DNA of 64,000 nt from a virus (Duplodnaviria; Heunggongvirae; Uroviricota; Caudoviricetes). Position numbers and translations under genes: made by a program. Positions 54,101 to 61,797 of the stretch are shown piece by piece (position 1 is the stretch's first letter; each line of letters starts with the position of its first letter). Where the stretch lies: IMG/VR virus record IMGVR_UViG_3300012533_000005; one strand, written 5' to 3'. The notes under the pieces are model-generated. The model did not search any database. It was not told the DNA's origin and worked only from the letters and a program-made list of their open reading frames with translations.

Positions 54101-55903
54101 TATAATTACACAGAATTTTGCGATAAGTGTGGAAGGGGTATAAAAGGAGAACCTGCATTTTTTATACACATGGTTGCTCCCGATTACGTTGTTCCTAATG
54201 ATAAAGAAAATGATAAATTAATAGAGGAATATTCTATTAAAGGAGTTGTTGAAGATTTAGGATGGCATCCAATAGGTTCTGAGTGTGTTAAGGCTTATCC
54301 AAAAAAATACCACTACCCAACAACAGCTCATGGTACAGTTTTTGTTAATGATGATAATGATTCAGATGATTCTAAAGTGAAAAAATTAGTAGTTAAGTTT
54401 GAAAAAGAAAAAGAATCAATAGCACTTTATGTAATAGCTGACTTAGTTTCAGAGCATTTCATGCGTAAAGATTATGATAAGAATATTGTTTGGGATAAAT
54501 TAACTGACGAGCAAAAAGTCAAATACAATGAGGATTATAAAGTATCTAAAAATGATTTTGAAAAACATATAGTATATGAGTTTGTTAAGCTTTATTATTC
54601 TAGTAAGAAAATAAAGGAAAGATGTAAAGGTCAATCAAAACAAACAATAGAAAGTATTAAATCTGTTATGTATGATATTGCTAAAGAATATGATACAGAT
54701 AAGTTCCCGAAAGTTTCTAAAGTTGAAAGGTCTGTTTCTGATGAAGAAAAGCCAAAGCAAGAAGTAGCTAAAGAAATTAGAACAGCTCCTATTAAGGATG
54801 TTTCAGATGAATTAATTAATCAGGCTATAACAGAAGTACTATTATTACCTAAATATAAATACCTTGATAAAGATGAAGCTGATTTCTTATACATGGCATT
54901 TGCAAACTATGAGAATCAAAAGAATAATTATGGTGATTATGTTTATGAAATTAAATGGAGGTATGAATACGGAAGTAATGATGATAAGGCTAAAGAACAT
55001 GATGAAAAGCTAAAGAAATTTATTGAGGGTATGGATAAGGCTAATATTATCATGTTTAGTAATTATGATGGTACTATTGAGGCTGATAAAGCGGTTATTG
55101 ATTTCATTAATTCAGTAAGGGGTAGGGTATATACTCTTAAAAACAAGTCAGTAAGTACGGATTTGTTCCCTGAAACAGATATTACACCTAAATTGACTGC
55201 CGTAGAGAGTAAAAGGACTGTGTTAATGACTATATTAAATTTATACACAAAGACTACCGATAAAGAAAAAAAGGAAAAGTTATGGGCAAAAGTACAGGAA
55301 ATAAAACAACAAATAAAAGGCATGGAAAATCAGGAGTTTAAGCATGGTGGAGATGTTAAAATGACAAAATCCGATATGCTAAAAAAGCTCCATTCTTTAA
55401 GCAAACATAAAAACTCAAAAACAATAAGCGACAAGTATGAAAAATTAAATGCTGAATACAAGTCTAAAACAGGTGTTGATTTTGAGGGTGTTTTAAAGGG
55501 CGGTAAAGCGGATGGTATGGATGAAGCATCTTTAGCTAAGAAACATGGCGTAAGTGTTGCTGCAATAAGAAAACAGCTAGAAAAAGGTATTCAGGTTGAG
55601 AGAGAGCATATTGATAATCCTGCTATACAAAGAGAGATTGCCTTAGACCATATTGAAGAATTTGTTGATTATTACGACAGACTTGAAAAAATGGAAAGAC
55701 AGGCTAGTGTTAAGCATACCGTAAAAGCAATTAAAGGACTATCAAAATCTCAGATTAACTCAATAAGTAATTATATGAAAAAGAAAGGGTTTGATAACTC
55801 TGATTTTGATGTTTATGATAACGGAATGATTTTAATTTACAAAGATGTTGATAGTAAGGTTTATAAAGAGATTTCAATGTTCATTAAAAATAATGTAATT
55901 TAA
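51149..55903 (+). CDS. second giant polyvalent-type protein (1584 aa) with at least 11 x(D/N/K)GG(G) linkers and a Cys4 zinc-ribbon segment
   Basis: Linkers FKDGGKVE, MEMGGTID, YNNGGLII, KDGGGVGEV, ANGGGVGES, DNGGGVSEQ, SNGGKINS, KHGGDVKM and KGGKADG. Zinc ribbon CDKCGRG...GSECVKAY. C-terminus ...YDNGMILIYKDV. Confidence 0.7.
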   Translation: MELTLQDTIASKKKLIGMYLPIQIAIYVPSTKDANVPISKEELQGRVDEVRKYLASMFGGFSSEGMTGGYVSTFKELIKEDVVRVVAFSTKEAYEDNKRRLITQISKWAKEWSQEAIGVEFENDLYYINQAESFKDGGKVEREESNYLQGYNFKDYEDMIETLKKAKKEKYDLGDAIDSPESLKSAMDSAVKLAENIRDEYRYNNDGDKVLVVNVKTYTSVSEDKSIDLAKEAFNLNEEQVEQLREEFNSERVNDIVNDYMDLQREDAEETLKDFINLEICKDEVLFGGRSGGYLIFQEYDFFDGKIELLEDYIYTNFNSIGEFESNSYGSFEQFIQENFNEIRETIGLINYYEFAFGVFESYVKMLVKGTGEYAQEELDYHVDQYIEENIKTKPKKKKMKKVSEETMEMGGTIDSERRFTEADFNKLVDSSDLKGKWNGFLWEIIKKDGGGYVYGKFNPKSKVLFITREKDLTNPLVLWLQQNSKVSFEEYQKLGSGGNITKNWDEFGTGGSIDDELKNFDINNLDAFERKQYDHLIKQSSKEEVLQILINSVESDYSQLSPELAEIAEKQNPTGYNNGGLIIDENWGNDGSTPSNNKDYNALYEMFPDNHAEAKAIWNQLSEKQKEGFIYDLEVTDAASEHIAESWLEFINASSQEDYWENATNWDEMKDGGGVGEVITDVDIDYSKVHGIKAIKIKQGKNGGHSALFSYYTEEPKREKWEKISKFQYNSWMKQVKNKLANGGGVGESKYKNEDLLSQKIFRIEYFNWLSSWEQFHLINKYNLDENIRTKFDNGGGVSEQKNIARQLEIVRLSSMSLDELLEEAGMTLREFKEYHLTREALIKDLSEPNFSNGGKINSKNLIKELKKGLVVRFQRDTIKGARWETNLDYKDGKIMFWRSYFNNEMEEVADKKKEYEMTEKQAIDLYNKDKEYIIEEYYVSGNVALEPLNEDKYIYEVVKDATEHLTNESKHDTQEKYNNSDKYNYTEFCDKCGRGIKGEPAFFIHMVAPDYVVPNDKENDKLIEEYSIKGVVEDLGWHPIGSECVKAYPKKYHYPTTAHGTVFVNDDNDSDDSKVKKLVVKFEKEKESIALYVIADLVSEHFMRKDYDKNIVWDKLTDEQKVKYNEDYKVSKNDFEKHIVYEFVKLYYSSKKIKERCKGQSKQTIESIKSVMYDIAKEYDTDKFPKVSKVERSVSDEEKPKQEVAKEIRTAPIKDVSDELINQAITEVLLLPKYKYLDKDEADFLYMAFANYENQKNNYGDYVYEIKWRYEYGSNDDKAKEHDEKLKKFIEGMDKANIIMFSNYDGTIEADKAVIDFINSVRGRVYTLKNKSVSTDLFPETDITPKLTAVESKRTVLMTILNLYTKTTDKEKKEKLWAKVQEIKQQIKGMENQEFKHGGDVKMTKSDMLKKLHSLSKHKNSKTISDKYEKLNAEYKSKTGVDFEGVLKGGKADGMDEASLAKKHGVSVAAIRKQLEKGIQVEREHIDNPAIQREIALDHIEEFVDYYDRLEKMERQASVKHTVKAIKGLSKSQINSISNYMKKKGFDNSDFDVYDNGMILIYKDVDSKVYKEISMFIKNNVI

Positions 55904-55933
55904 CATAATAATTAATAAGAAAATTTAATCAAA

Positions 55934-56170
55934 ATGATGAAGCAAGGTCAAACAAAATTTTCGGGTACACAAAGATTTAATACGTTTGGTAAAAATCAAA
56001 ATATGCTTTTTTATACAATAAAAAGTGGTAAGTTGGCTCAAGAATGTATTGTACTTGAAAATTTAAACGATAAATACTCTTACTATAAAGATATTCCTTT
56101 TAATAAAAATCTTCTTTTGAGTGACAGAATAACCGTTTTAACTGATGGTAATATAAAGGTTGGTAAATAA
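55934..56170 (+). CDS. small protein of the C-terminal DGxI family (78 aa)
   Basis: C-terminus ...VLTDGNIKVGK. Confidence 0.5.
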   Translation: MMKQGQTKFSGTQRFNTFGKNQNMLFYTIKSGKLAQECIVLENLNDKYSYYKDIPFNKNLLLSDRITVLTDGNIKVGK

Positions 56171-56199
56171 AAAATAACATAAAATAAAAACACACGACT

Positions 56200-57153
56200 A
56201 TGGATTCAGTAGATATAGCCAAAGAGGTAAATATAATTTCAAAAAGAGTTAATGAACAGCTTTCTGATTTTTATGAATCATTGAAAAATGATGTTGCCAT
56301 GAATAAGGCAAAGGCAAAATCGGGAAAAGATAATAGTAGACAAGTAAAAGTTTGTCCAATAATTCAGCAGATAGAGCCTATGAGCGAGTCTGAAAGACAA
56401 ATTGCAACTTCTACCATAGCTAATATTGAAAAAGTAGTTAAGGATAATCCAAATGAATTTGGCGGAAAAGATATTTCTGAAACAAGTTATACTGGAGGTA
56501 GCAAAGGTACTGGTGATGGAACTGGTAGAGAAACAGAATTGATTAGTGTTGGTATGCCAAAATGGATTCAAGAAATTGAAAACTCAGTTAAAGCCAAATT
56601 TAAAAGAAAAAAGAAAAGAGAGTATTTCGATGTAGAGGGTTTAGTTCGTGGCGTTACTAGGAAAAAGAAAGAAATGGGAATGAAAAGAATAGATTATGTC
56701 TATTTTATGCTTGATGTTAGTGGTTCAATGAGATGGAATACATTCAAGGGGCATAAATTATTAGATTTATTCGCATCATATATACCTCCAATGGCTAAAA
56801 GATTTGATGGTATGTGGGTTCAGGTTGATGGTCATAAAGTAATACCTACCGAGTTAAGTAAAATTGGCAAAGGTGAAATAAAATCTTTGATATTAGGCGG
56901 TGGCGGTGGTGCTGATTTTGAAGCAGCCTATAATTTTATAAAAAATGATATAGCTAAAAATGGAATTACAAATCCTGTTGTCGTTATGGCTTCTGATGCT
57001 GATGAACAATTCCGCTTTGAATTACTACCAAATACAATATTTGTAACTACAAGTAAAGGTTGGGATGGACACGCACATAAAAATGGATTAATAGCACAGG
57101 GTTTCCCTAACCCACTAAAAGGTCAAAAGGTTGTTATAATTAACATAGATTAA
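56200..57153 (+). CDS. von Willebrand factor A (VWA) domain protein
   Basis: The MIDAS motif DxSxS sits in VYFMLDVSGSMRWNTF in the C-terminal half. The N-terminal half has no recognised domain. Confidence 0.55.
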   Translation: MDSVDIAKEVNIISKRVNEQLSDFYESLKNDVAMNKAKAKSGKDNSRQVKVCPIIQQIEPMSESERQIATSTIANIEKVVKDNPNEFGGKDISETSYTGGSKGTGDGTGRETELISVGMPKWIQEIENSVKAKFKRKKKREYFDVEGLVRGVTRKKKEMGMKRIDYVYFMLDVSGSMRWNTFKGHKLLDLFASYIPPMAKRFDGMWVQVDGHKVIPTELSKIGKGEIKSLILGGGGGADFEAAYNFIKNDIAKNGITNPVVVMASDADEQFRFELLPNTIFVTTSKGWDGHAHKNGLIAQGFPNPLKGQKVVIINID

Positions 57154-57159
57154 AGCACT

Positions 57160-57381
57160 ATGGCTAAATCAAAACATATTACTAGATTCTCTTACTCTTT
57201 TCCTGTAAATGCAGTAGAGATTCTTTTTAAGAAAGAATTAATATCAATATATAAATCAAGAACAAGGGATGATTTTGGTTTAAATGATGATAAAAACACA
57301 AGTTTTGAATCTCTATATTTAGATAGCATGAATGATATTAGTATAAAAAGTGATGGCAAATTAAAATTTGGTAATTTTTAA
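57160..57381 (+). CDS. small protein of the C-terminal DGxL family (73 aa)
   Basis: C-terminus ...IKSDGKLKFGNF. Confidence 0.5.
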   Translation: MAKSKHITRFSYSFPVNAVEILFKKELISIYKSRTRDDFGLNDDKNTSFESLYLDSMNDISIKSDGKLKFGNF

Positions 57382-57383
57382 GC

Positions 57384-57842
57384 GTGAGGATATTTAAATT
57401 AAATAGCGGTGATTTTAATTATGTTGGAAAGCATGATGTTACATCTAAAGAAACCCTTAAACAAGTTTATTTTAGCTATGGTCTTTTTTCACCCAGTTAC
57501 CCTAAGAATGAGCTTAAAAAATATTTAAAACAAAATGATAATAAGCTTAAATATGGTCGAACTAATATCAATAAGAATATAACATTAGGTAAAGAGTATC
57601 AGGTTGCTAATTTGGATTCTGATATAATAGTAGGAGAGGCTTATGGTGAAAAGCAAATTTATGTAAGAATATTACTAGATAATGGTGTTACAGATGAAAT
57701 TCCTCTTGATGATTTTGAACACAAAAAAATGGAAATTAAAATATTGGTTAATGATTATTATCCTACTAGGATTAATTTAAACTTACTCAGTACTAAAATA
57801 CTTATGATTAATAATGATGGATATATTGATATATTTAAATAA
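57384..57842 (+). CDS. small protein of the C-terminal DGxI family (152 aa; GTG start)
   Basis: C-terminus ...INNDGYIDIFK. Confidence 0.5.
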   Translation: MRIFKLNSGDFNYVGKHDVTSKETLKQVYFSYGLFSPSYPKNELKKYLKQNDNKLKYGRTNINKNITLGKEYQVANLDSDIIVGEAYGEKQIYVRILLDNGVTDEIPLDDFEHKKMEIKILVNDYYPTRINLNLLSTKILMINNDGYIDIFK

Positions 57843-57854
57843 TTATATTTTAAT

Positions 57855-58079
57855 ATGAATACTTCTTATAAGTTATTTAGTAGTGATAAGTTGGTACATC
57901 AAACTTTTATACCTGAAAGCCCGTTATATCCATCGTTTGATGTTTTTTCATTTATTATTAAGTTAGGTAAAAATCACGGAAATAAGTTTGATAATAAAAG
58001 CGGTCTTTGGCAGCTATCGGATGATGGATTTGCTATTACGACTAATTTTATAATTAAGAGTAATGGTGAAATAAGATAA
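57855..58079 (+). CDS. small protein of the C-terminal NGxI family (74 aa)
   Basis: C-terminus ...IKSNGEIR. Confidence 0.5.
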   Translation: MNTSYKLFSSDKLVHQTFIPESPLYPSFDVFSFIIKLGKNHGNKFDNKSGLWQLSDDGFAITTNFIIKSNGEIR

Positions 58080-58324
58080 TGAAATCAAAAAGAATTATAA
58101 CTGTATTTAAGGATTCCGAGATAGTTTACATAGGAAACACTCATGCCGTTATGAAAATTCCAACTCCTAAGAACCTGTATAAAATTGAAGATAGACACTT
58201 AAAAAAAGGAGGAAAAAAGTTCGGGATAACTACAACAATTAATGAAGGATTGATGTTTTTTGGTGCTGCTAATCCTCATTTTGGGCTGATATTTAACGAT
58301 AAAGGAACATTCTCTGTGTTTTAA
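58079..58324 (+). CDS. small protein of the C-terminal (K/D)GxF family (81 aa)
   Basis: C-terminus ...FNDKGTFSVF. Confidence 0.5.
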   Translation: MKSKRIITVFKDSEIVYIGNTHAVMKIPTPKNLYKIEDRHLKKGGKKFGITTTINEGLMFFGAANPHFGLIFNDKGTFSVF

Positions 58325-58340
58325 AATTGCTGATAAATAA

Positions 58341-58634
58341 ATGATTATCATAAATAAAATAAATCTTCTAAATAACCATAATAAGTGGATAGTATTTGCT
58401 AATAATGGTGTTAATTGGATTTATCGTATGGATGGCGACGAAGAAAGTGATGAAATTGAAGAAAGACAAAATACATTTCATTCAACAAATGTTTCTGACA
58501 TTGACTACGAGGATGATTTAACGATACTTAATATAAAATACAAAGGAGTCATAACTAGGAACTCAAGGCATGATAACGGAAAGAGGATAGTAATAAGGGA
58601 TAGTGGTGATATTTTTTGCAATATTATACATTGA
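58341..58634 (+). CDS. small protein of the C-terminal SGxI family (97 aa)
   Basis: C-terminus ...RDSGDIFCNIIH. Confidence 0.45.
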   Translation: MIIINKINLLNNHNKWIVFANNGVNWIYRMDGDEESDEIEERQNTFHSTNVSDIDYEDDLTILNIKYKGVITRNSRHDNGKRIVIRDSGDIFCNIIH

Positions 58635-58870
58635 AAATGTCAAAAAGTGTATTAATACGGGAGCTAAATAAATATAATAGTGTGTTTTTTAGAAATTCAA
58701 ACCTTAAAAAACCTGCTACTAAGTTTGATTTGATGCTATATAGGTCAAAGGGCGGTATAATGGGAGATAAAAGATTGATAACAGCGACTACTGAGCATCT
58801 TCAGATTAATATTAGAAAAGGCTGGAATCATTTAATGTTTAGTGATGATGGCTCAATAACATTGTATTAG
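58616..58870 (+). CDS. small protein of the C-terminal DGxI family (84 aa; the start may be M at 58637)
   Basis: C-terminus ...FSDDGSITLY. Confidence 0.45.
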   Translation: MQYYTLKMSKSVLIRELNKYNSVFFRNSNLKKPATKFDLMLYRSKGGIMGDKRLITATTEHLQINIRKGWNHLMFSDDGSITLY

Positions 58871-59008
58871 TCATTTAAATATTTATTAACACGATACAAA
58901 CAATAATGGCTGTAACCATTATCAATCCTAAATAAATCAAGTAACCTTTACAACATTATTGTATAGGATAAATATCGCTCTTGATTTACTTTATTTGATT
59001 TTTAATCT

Positions 59009-59016
59009 TATATTTG
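59009..59016 (+). promoter_or_regulatory. TAtaTTTG -7 box, Bacteroidota-type promoter
   Basis: Lies 19 nt upstream of ATG 59036. Preceded by a 163-nt non-coding gap containing the hairpin ATAATGG-ctgtaa-CCATTAT (58903-58922). Confidence 0.35.
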
Positions 59017-59035
59017 TTCAATTATAAAACTAACG

Positions 59036-59605
59036 ATGTCGGATAATTTAGGAATATTCAATGAAGAAGAATTTGCTGTTATGAAACCTAAACAGCAAAC
59101 AACGACACCTCCACCCCCACCAAAAGACGATAAGAAAAAAAAACCTGAAGAAAAACCTGAAGATGAAAATCTTGATGAAATTCCTTTAAAGACAAAAGAG
59201 GAAATACTTGATGGATTAAAAAAAGCAGGTATCATTAAAGATGATGAAATTCCTGATGATGATTCTAATGAGCCTAAAGACGACAAGGGTAATGAAGATG
59301 GTGGTAATGAACCGAAAGATGATGAAGGTAAGGAAGATGGTGGCGAAAAGCCAACTGATGATAAGGGTACTGAGGATGGTGGTGAAAAGCCAAAGAAAAA
59401 AGGTAATAAAGGTCAGATTGAAGATATTGAGGGTGAAAAGAGGCGTGATAAAATAAAGGCTACTAGCATCATTAATAAAAAGATAAATGATTACGAGGAA
59501 GTATTAATAAAAGATGAATACGGAGTATTTAAATTACCTAATAGGGTTAAACAAACACTATTAGATGCTAAAAAAGACTTAGAAGCACTTAAAGAAAAAT
59601 TATAA
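59036..59605 (+). CDS. acidic repeat protein (189 aa) with poly-Pro and three ~13-aa KDD(K/E)G(N/K/T)EDGG(N/E)(E/K)P repeats
   Basis: The protein repeat is mirrored by a roughly 39-nt tandem nucleotide repeat at 59275-59400. PPPPP is followed by KDDKKKKPEEKPEDE. Confidence 0.55.
   Translation: MSDNLGIFNEEEFAVMKPKQQTTTPPPPPKDDKKKKPEEKPEDENLDEIPLKTKEEILDGLKKAGIIKDDEIPDDDSNEPKDDKGNEDGGNEPKDDEGKEDGGEKPTDDKGTEDGGEKPKKKGNKGQIEDIEGEKRRDKIKATSIINKKINDYEEVLIKDEYGVFKLPNRVKQTLLDAKKDLEALKEKL
59275..59400 (+). repeat. 3 x ~39-nt in-frame tandem repeat within the acidic protein gene
   Basis: ...gatggtggtaatgaaccgaaagatgatgaaggtaaggaagatggtggcgaaaagcca...gaggatggtggtgaaaagcca. Confidence 0.55.
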
Positions 59606-59635
59606 TTAATTTATACCATTTAAAAAAATAAAAAA

Positions 59636-61765
59636 ATGCAAGAATCAGTTAAGCTTAATGATAATGATATGATTTTGTATCTATTAAATTTAATACGATA
59701 CGATATTCCAATCTTGATAGCAGGAAAATCATCAATAGGTAAGTCATATACCATGTTAGAACTTGCTAAACAATGGGGTATGCCAAATGCAGTACTTTAT
59801 GTTGGTTCTGAAAAAGCAGATAACATTGAGGGTTTACCAAAACTCATTCAAAAAGATGTAGATGTAGATACAAGCGAAAGTGTATTGGAATATTTTAAGC
59901 CTTATTGGTTTCCAAAAAGTGCTTTGATTCAAGCTGCTGTCGGAAAAGGACAGGAAATATTTGATTCAAAAATAAGACCATATCTAAAAGACAATACTCA
60001 AGATTTACGTTATGAAACCATAATGGGAATTTTATTTGCTATTGGAGATATGAAGTTTGATGGTTCTAATACAACCCAAACTTTTAATTTCATTGATAAA
60101 TCAAGACGAATAACCCCTAATGAAGATGTTGAACTTTTATCAAAAGAGGTTACATTTACAAGAGATTTAGTTAAAAAGGGTGAGGATATGCTAACTAAAA
60201 GTAATGAGTTATATGAATTATCATTATACCTATGTACTTTAGTTGGTCTTGGTAACTATTGGTTAATACTTGACGAATTAGATAAGGTTCAAGAGGAAGA
60301 AGCTGATAAGTTCGCACCGATGCTACACATTGTTCGTGAAAGACGTTTAAAAACTTATTCATTAAGAGAGCTTAATGATGGAAAAGGTGCTGATGTTGCC
60401 ATGAATGTAATAGGCGGTTCATATCTACCAATTTACAATTCAATAAAAAATAGCTTACAAAACAATCAATCTGTACTTGATACCCGTATAATAGCTATAT
60501 CAAATCAAACCAGCAACATTATAAATATTTCAGATGCTTTATTTAAGCGTTTTGTTCAGGTTGTTGTAAATGGTATTATCCAATTAAAACCAGTTGATAA
60601 AAAACTGAAGGATATTAGAGATTGCTTATATAAGATAGAAACTAGAATTGGCGGTGAGCAAGGTGATTTAAGTTTAGGTTATCTTCAGGAAATAAATCTT
60701 CAATGGCAATTTGGATTCTTACCAAGAATTTTAAATAATGGTGATACACAAGGTAATTTTATAAAACAACAATACGATACTGAGGTTGCTGATGTTTTAG
60801 CAATAGATAACGCTGATGTACGAGAGGAAAGATTAAGAGAGGTAAGAAGAAAAACAGCTTTATATAAGCTTGTTTATGATAATTTTGACGAGGATACTGA
60901 GGTTAAAGAAGATTCTGATGATGATGATAACGGAAAGCAAACAGTCCCTTCATTAGTAATGGATTGTTTAGTTGCTCAGATTACACCTACTATTGATGTT
61001 AAGGCTGAAGCAACGTCTAACCCTATGGATTTGATAAATCAATTTAAAGCAGATGGATATTCTGATGAAGATGCTGCAAAAGAGGTTTATGATACATTAA
61101 TGGAAAAGTATAGACTGCTTCCTAAAGAAAAAGAAAGCAGAAGGTTAGAAATGGAAAGATTAGTTGATTATGCTTTCTCTTTCATATCACATACTGCCTA
61201 TGCTGATGGTTATTCAGAAGAAAAGATTAAAAATAGTGTTCCGTATTCTCCATTAGAGATAAACAAATATTTAATTCCATTAATGATTAAGTTTACTCTT
61301 AAAGTAATTACAAAAGACGAAATATTAAGCCCTGATGTATATATATCATTCGATGATAAAGATGCTTTATTATCTCGTCATGCTGAACTTTGGGATAAAT
61401 TCGCAATTCCTGAACATATTGATAAAATAAAAGGCGACCCTGATTTAACTAATAAATTATTCTACGGTGGTGAAGATAGTTTATGGGGTAGCTCAGACCT
61501 TAATGCTGATGATTTCCAAAAATCATTTGTAAATTCTTATAATTCTGCAAACGCAGAGCTATTCGATGAATTTATTGAAGCTTATCTTGATATGGATAAT
61601 GATAAGAAAACTGAATTTTCTGATTTCATTGAATATATCAAAAAATATCGTTTAGCTGATATTGAAGATTTAAAGAGAAGGCAAGTAGATGGATTAAAAG
61701 TAAGAGGTGAAATATCTAAAGTACCTGCTTTAACTAAGAAATATAGAGATGCTTTTGGCGTATAA
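59636..61765 (+). CDS. P-loop ATPase, AAA+/MoxR-like (709 aa)
   Basis: Walker A PILIAGKSSIGKSYT. Walker B WLILDELDKV. The Asp-rich acidic insert EDSDDDDNG follows. Confidence 0.5.
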   Translation: MQESVKLNDNDMILYLLNLIRYDIPILIAGKSSIGKSYTMLELAKQWGMPNAVLYVGSEKADNIEGLPKLIQKDVDVDTSESVLEYFKPYWFPKSALIQAAVGKGQEIFDSKIRPYLKDNTQDLRYETIMGILFAIGDMKFDGSNTTQTFNFIDKSRRITPNEDVELLSKEVTFTRDLVKKGEDMLTKSNELYELSLYLCTLVGLGNYWLILDELDKVQEEEADKFAPMLHIVRERRLKTYSLRELNDGKGADVAMNVIGGSYLPIYNSIKNSLQNNQSVLDTRIIAISNQTSNIINISDALFKRFVQVVVNGIIQLKPVDKKLKDIRDCLYKIETRIGGEQGDLSLGYLQEINLQWQFGFLPRILNNGDTQGNFIKQQYDTEVADVLAIDNADVREERLREVRRKTALYKLVYDNFDEDTEVKEDSDDDDNGKQTVPSLVMDCLVAQITPTIDVKAEATSNPMDLINQFKADGYSDEDAAKEVYDTLMEKYRLLPKEKESRRLEMERLVDYAFSFISHTAYADGYSEEKIKNSVPYSPLEINKYLIPLMIKFTLKVITKDEILSPDVYISFDDKDALLSRHAELWDKFAIPEHIDKIKGDPDLTNKLFYGGEDSLWGSSDLNADDFQKSFVNSYNSANAELFDEFIEAYLDMDNDKKTEFSDFIEYIKKYRLADIEDLKRRQVDGLKVRGEISKVPALTKKYRDAFGV

Positions 61766-61797
61766 TTTATAACAAAGAATTATTTCAATAAAATAAC

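Noticed and set aside
59241-59456. Alternative-frame ORF (71 aa) within the acidic repeat gene
   Set aside because: An artefact of the in-frame nucleotide repeat. Its basic R/K/V-rich translation is the frame-shifted image of the acidic repeats.
59636-61765. Terminase large subunit assignment for the 709-aa ATPase
   Set aside because: The Walker A (GKSSIGKS) context and the DELDK Walker B look more AAA+/MoxR-like than terminase-like, and no nuclease (RNase H-like DxD...D) motifs were found in the C-terminal half. Cannot exclude it without a profile search.
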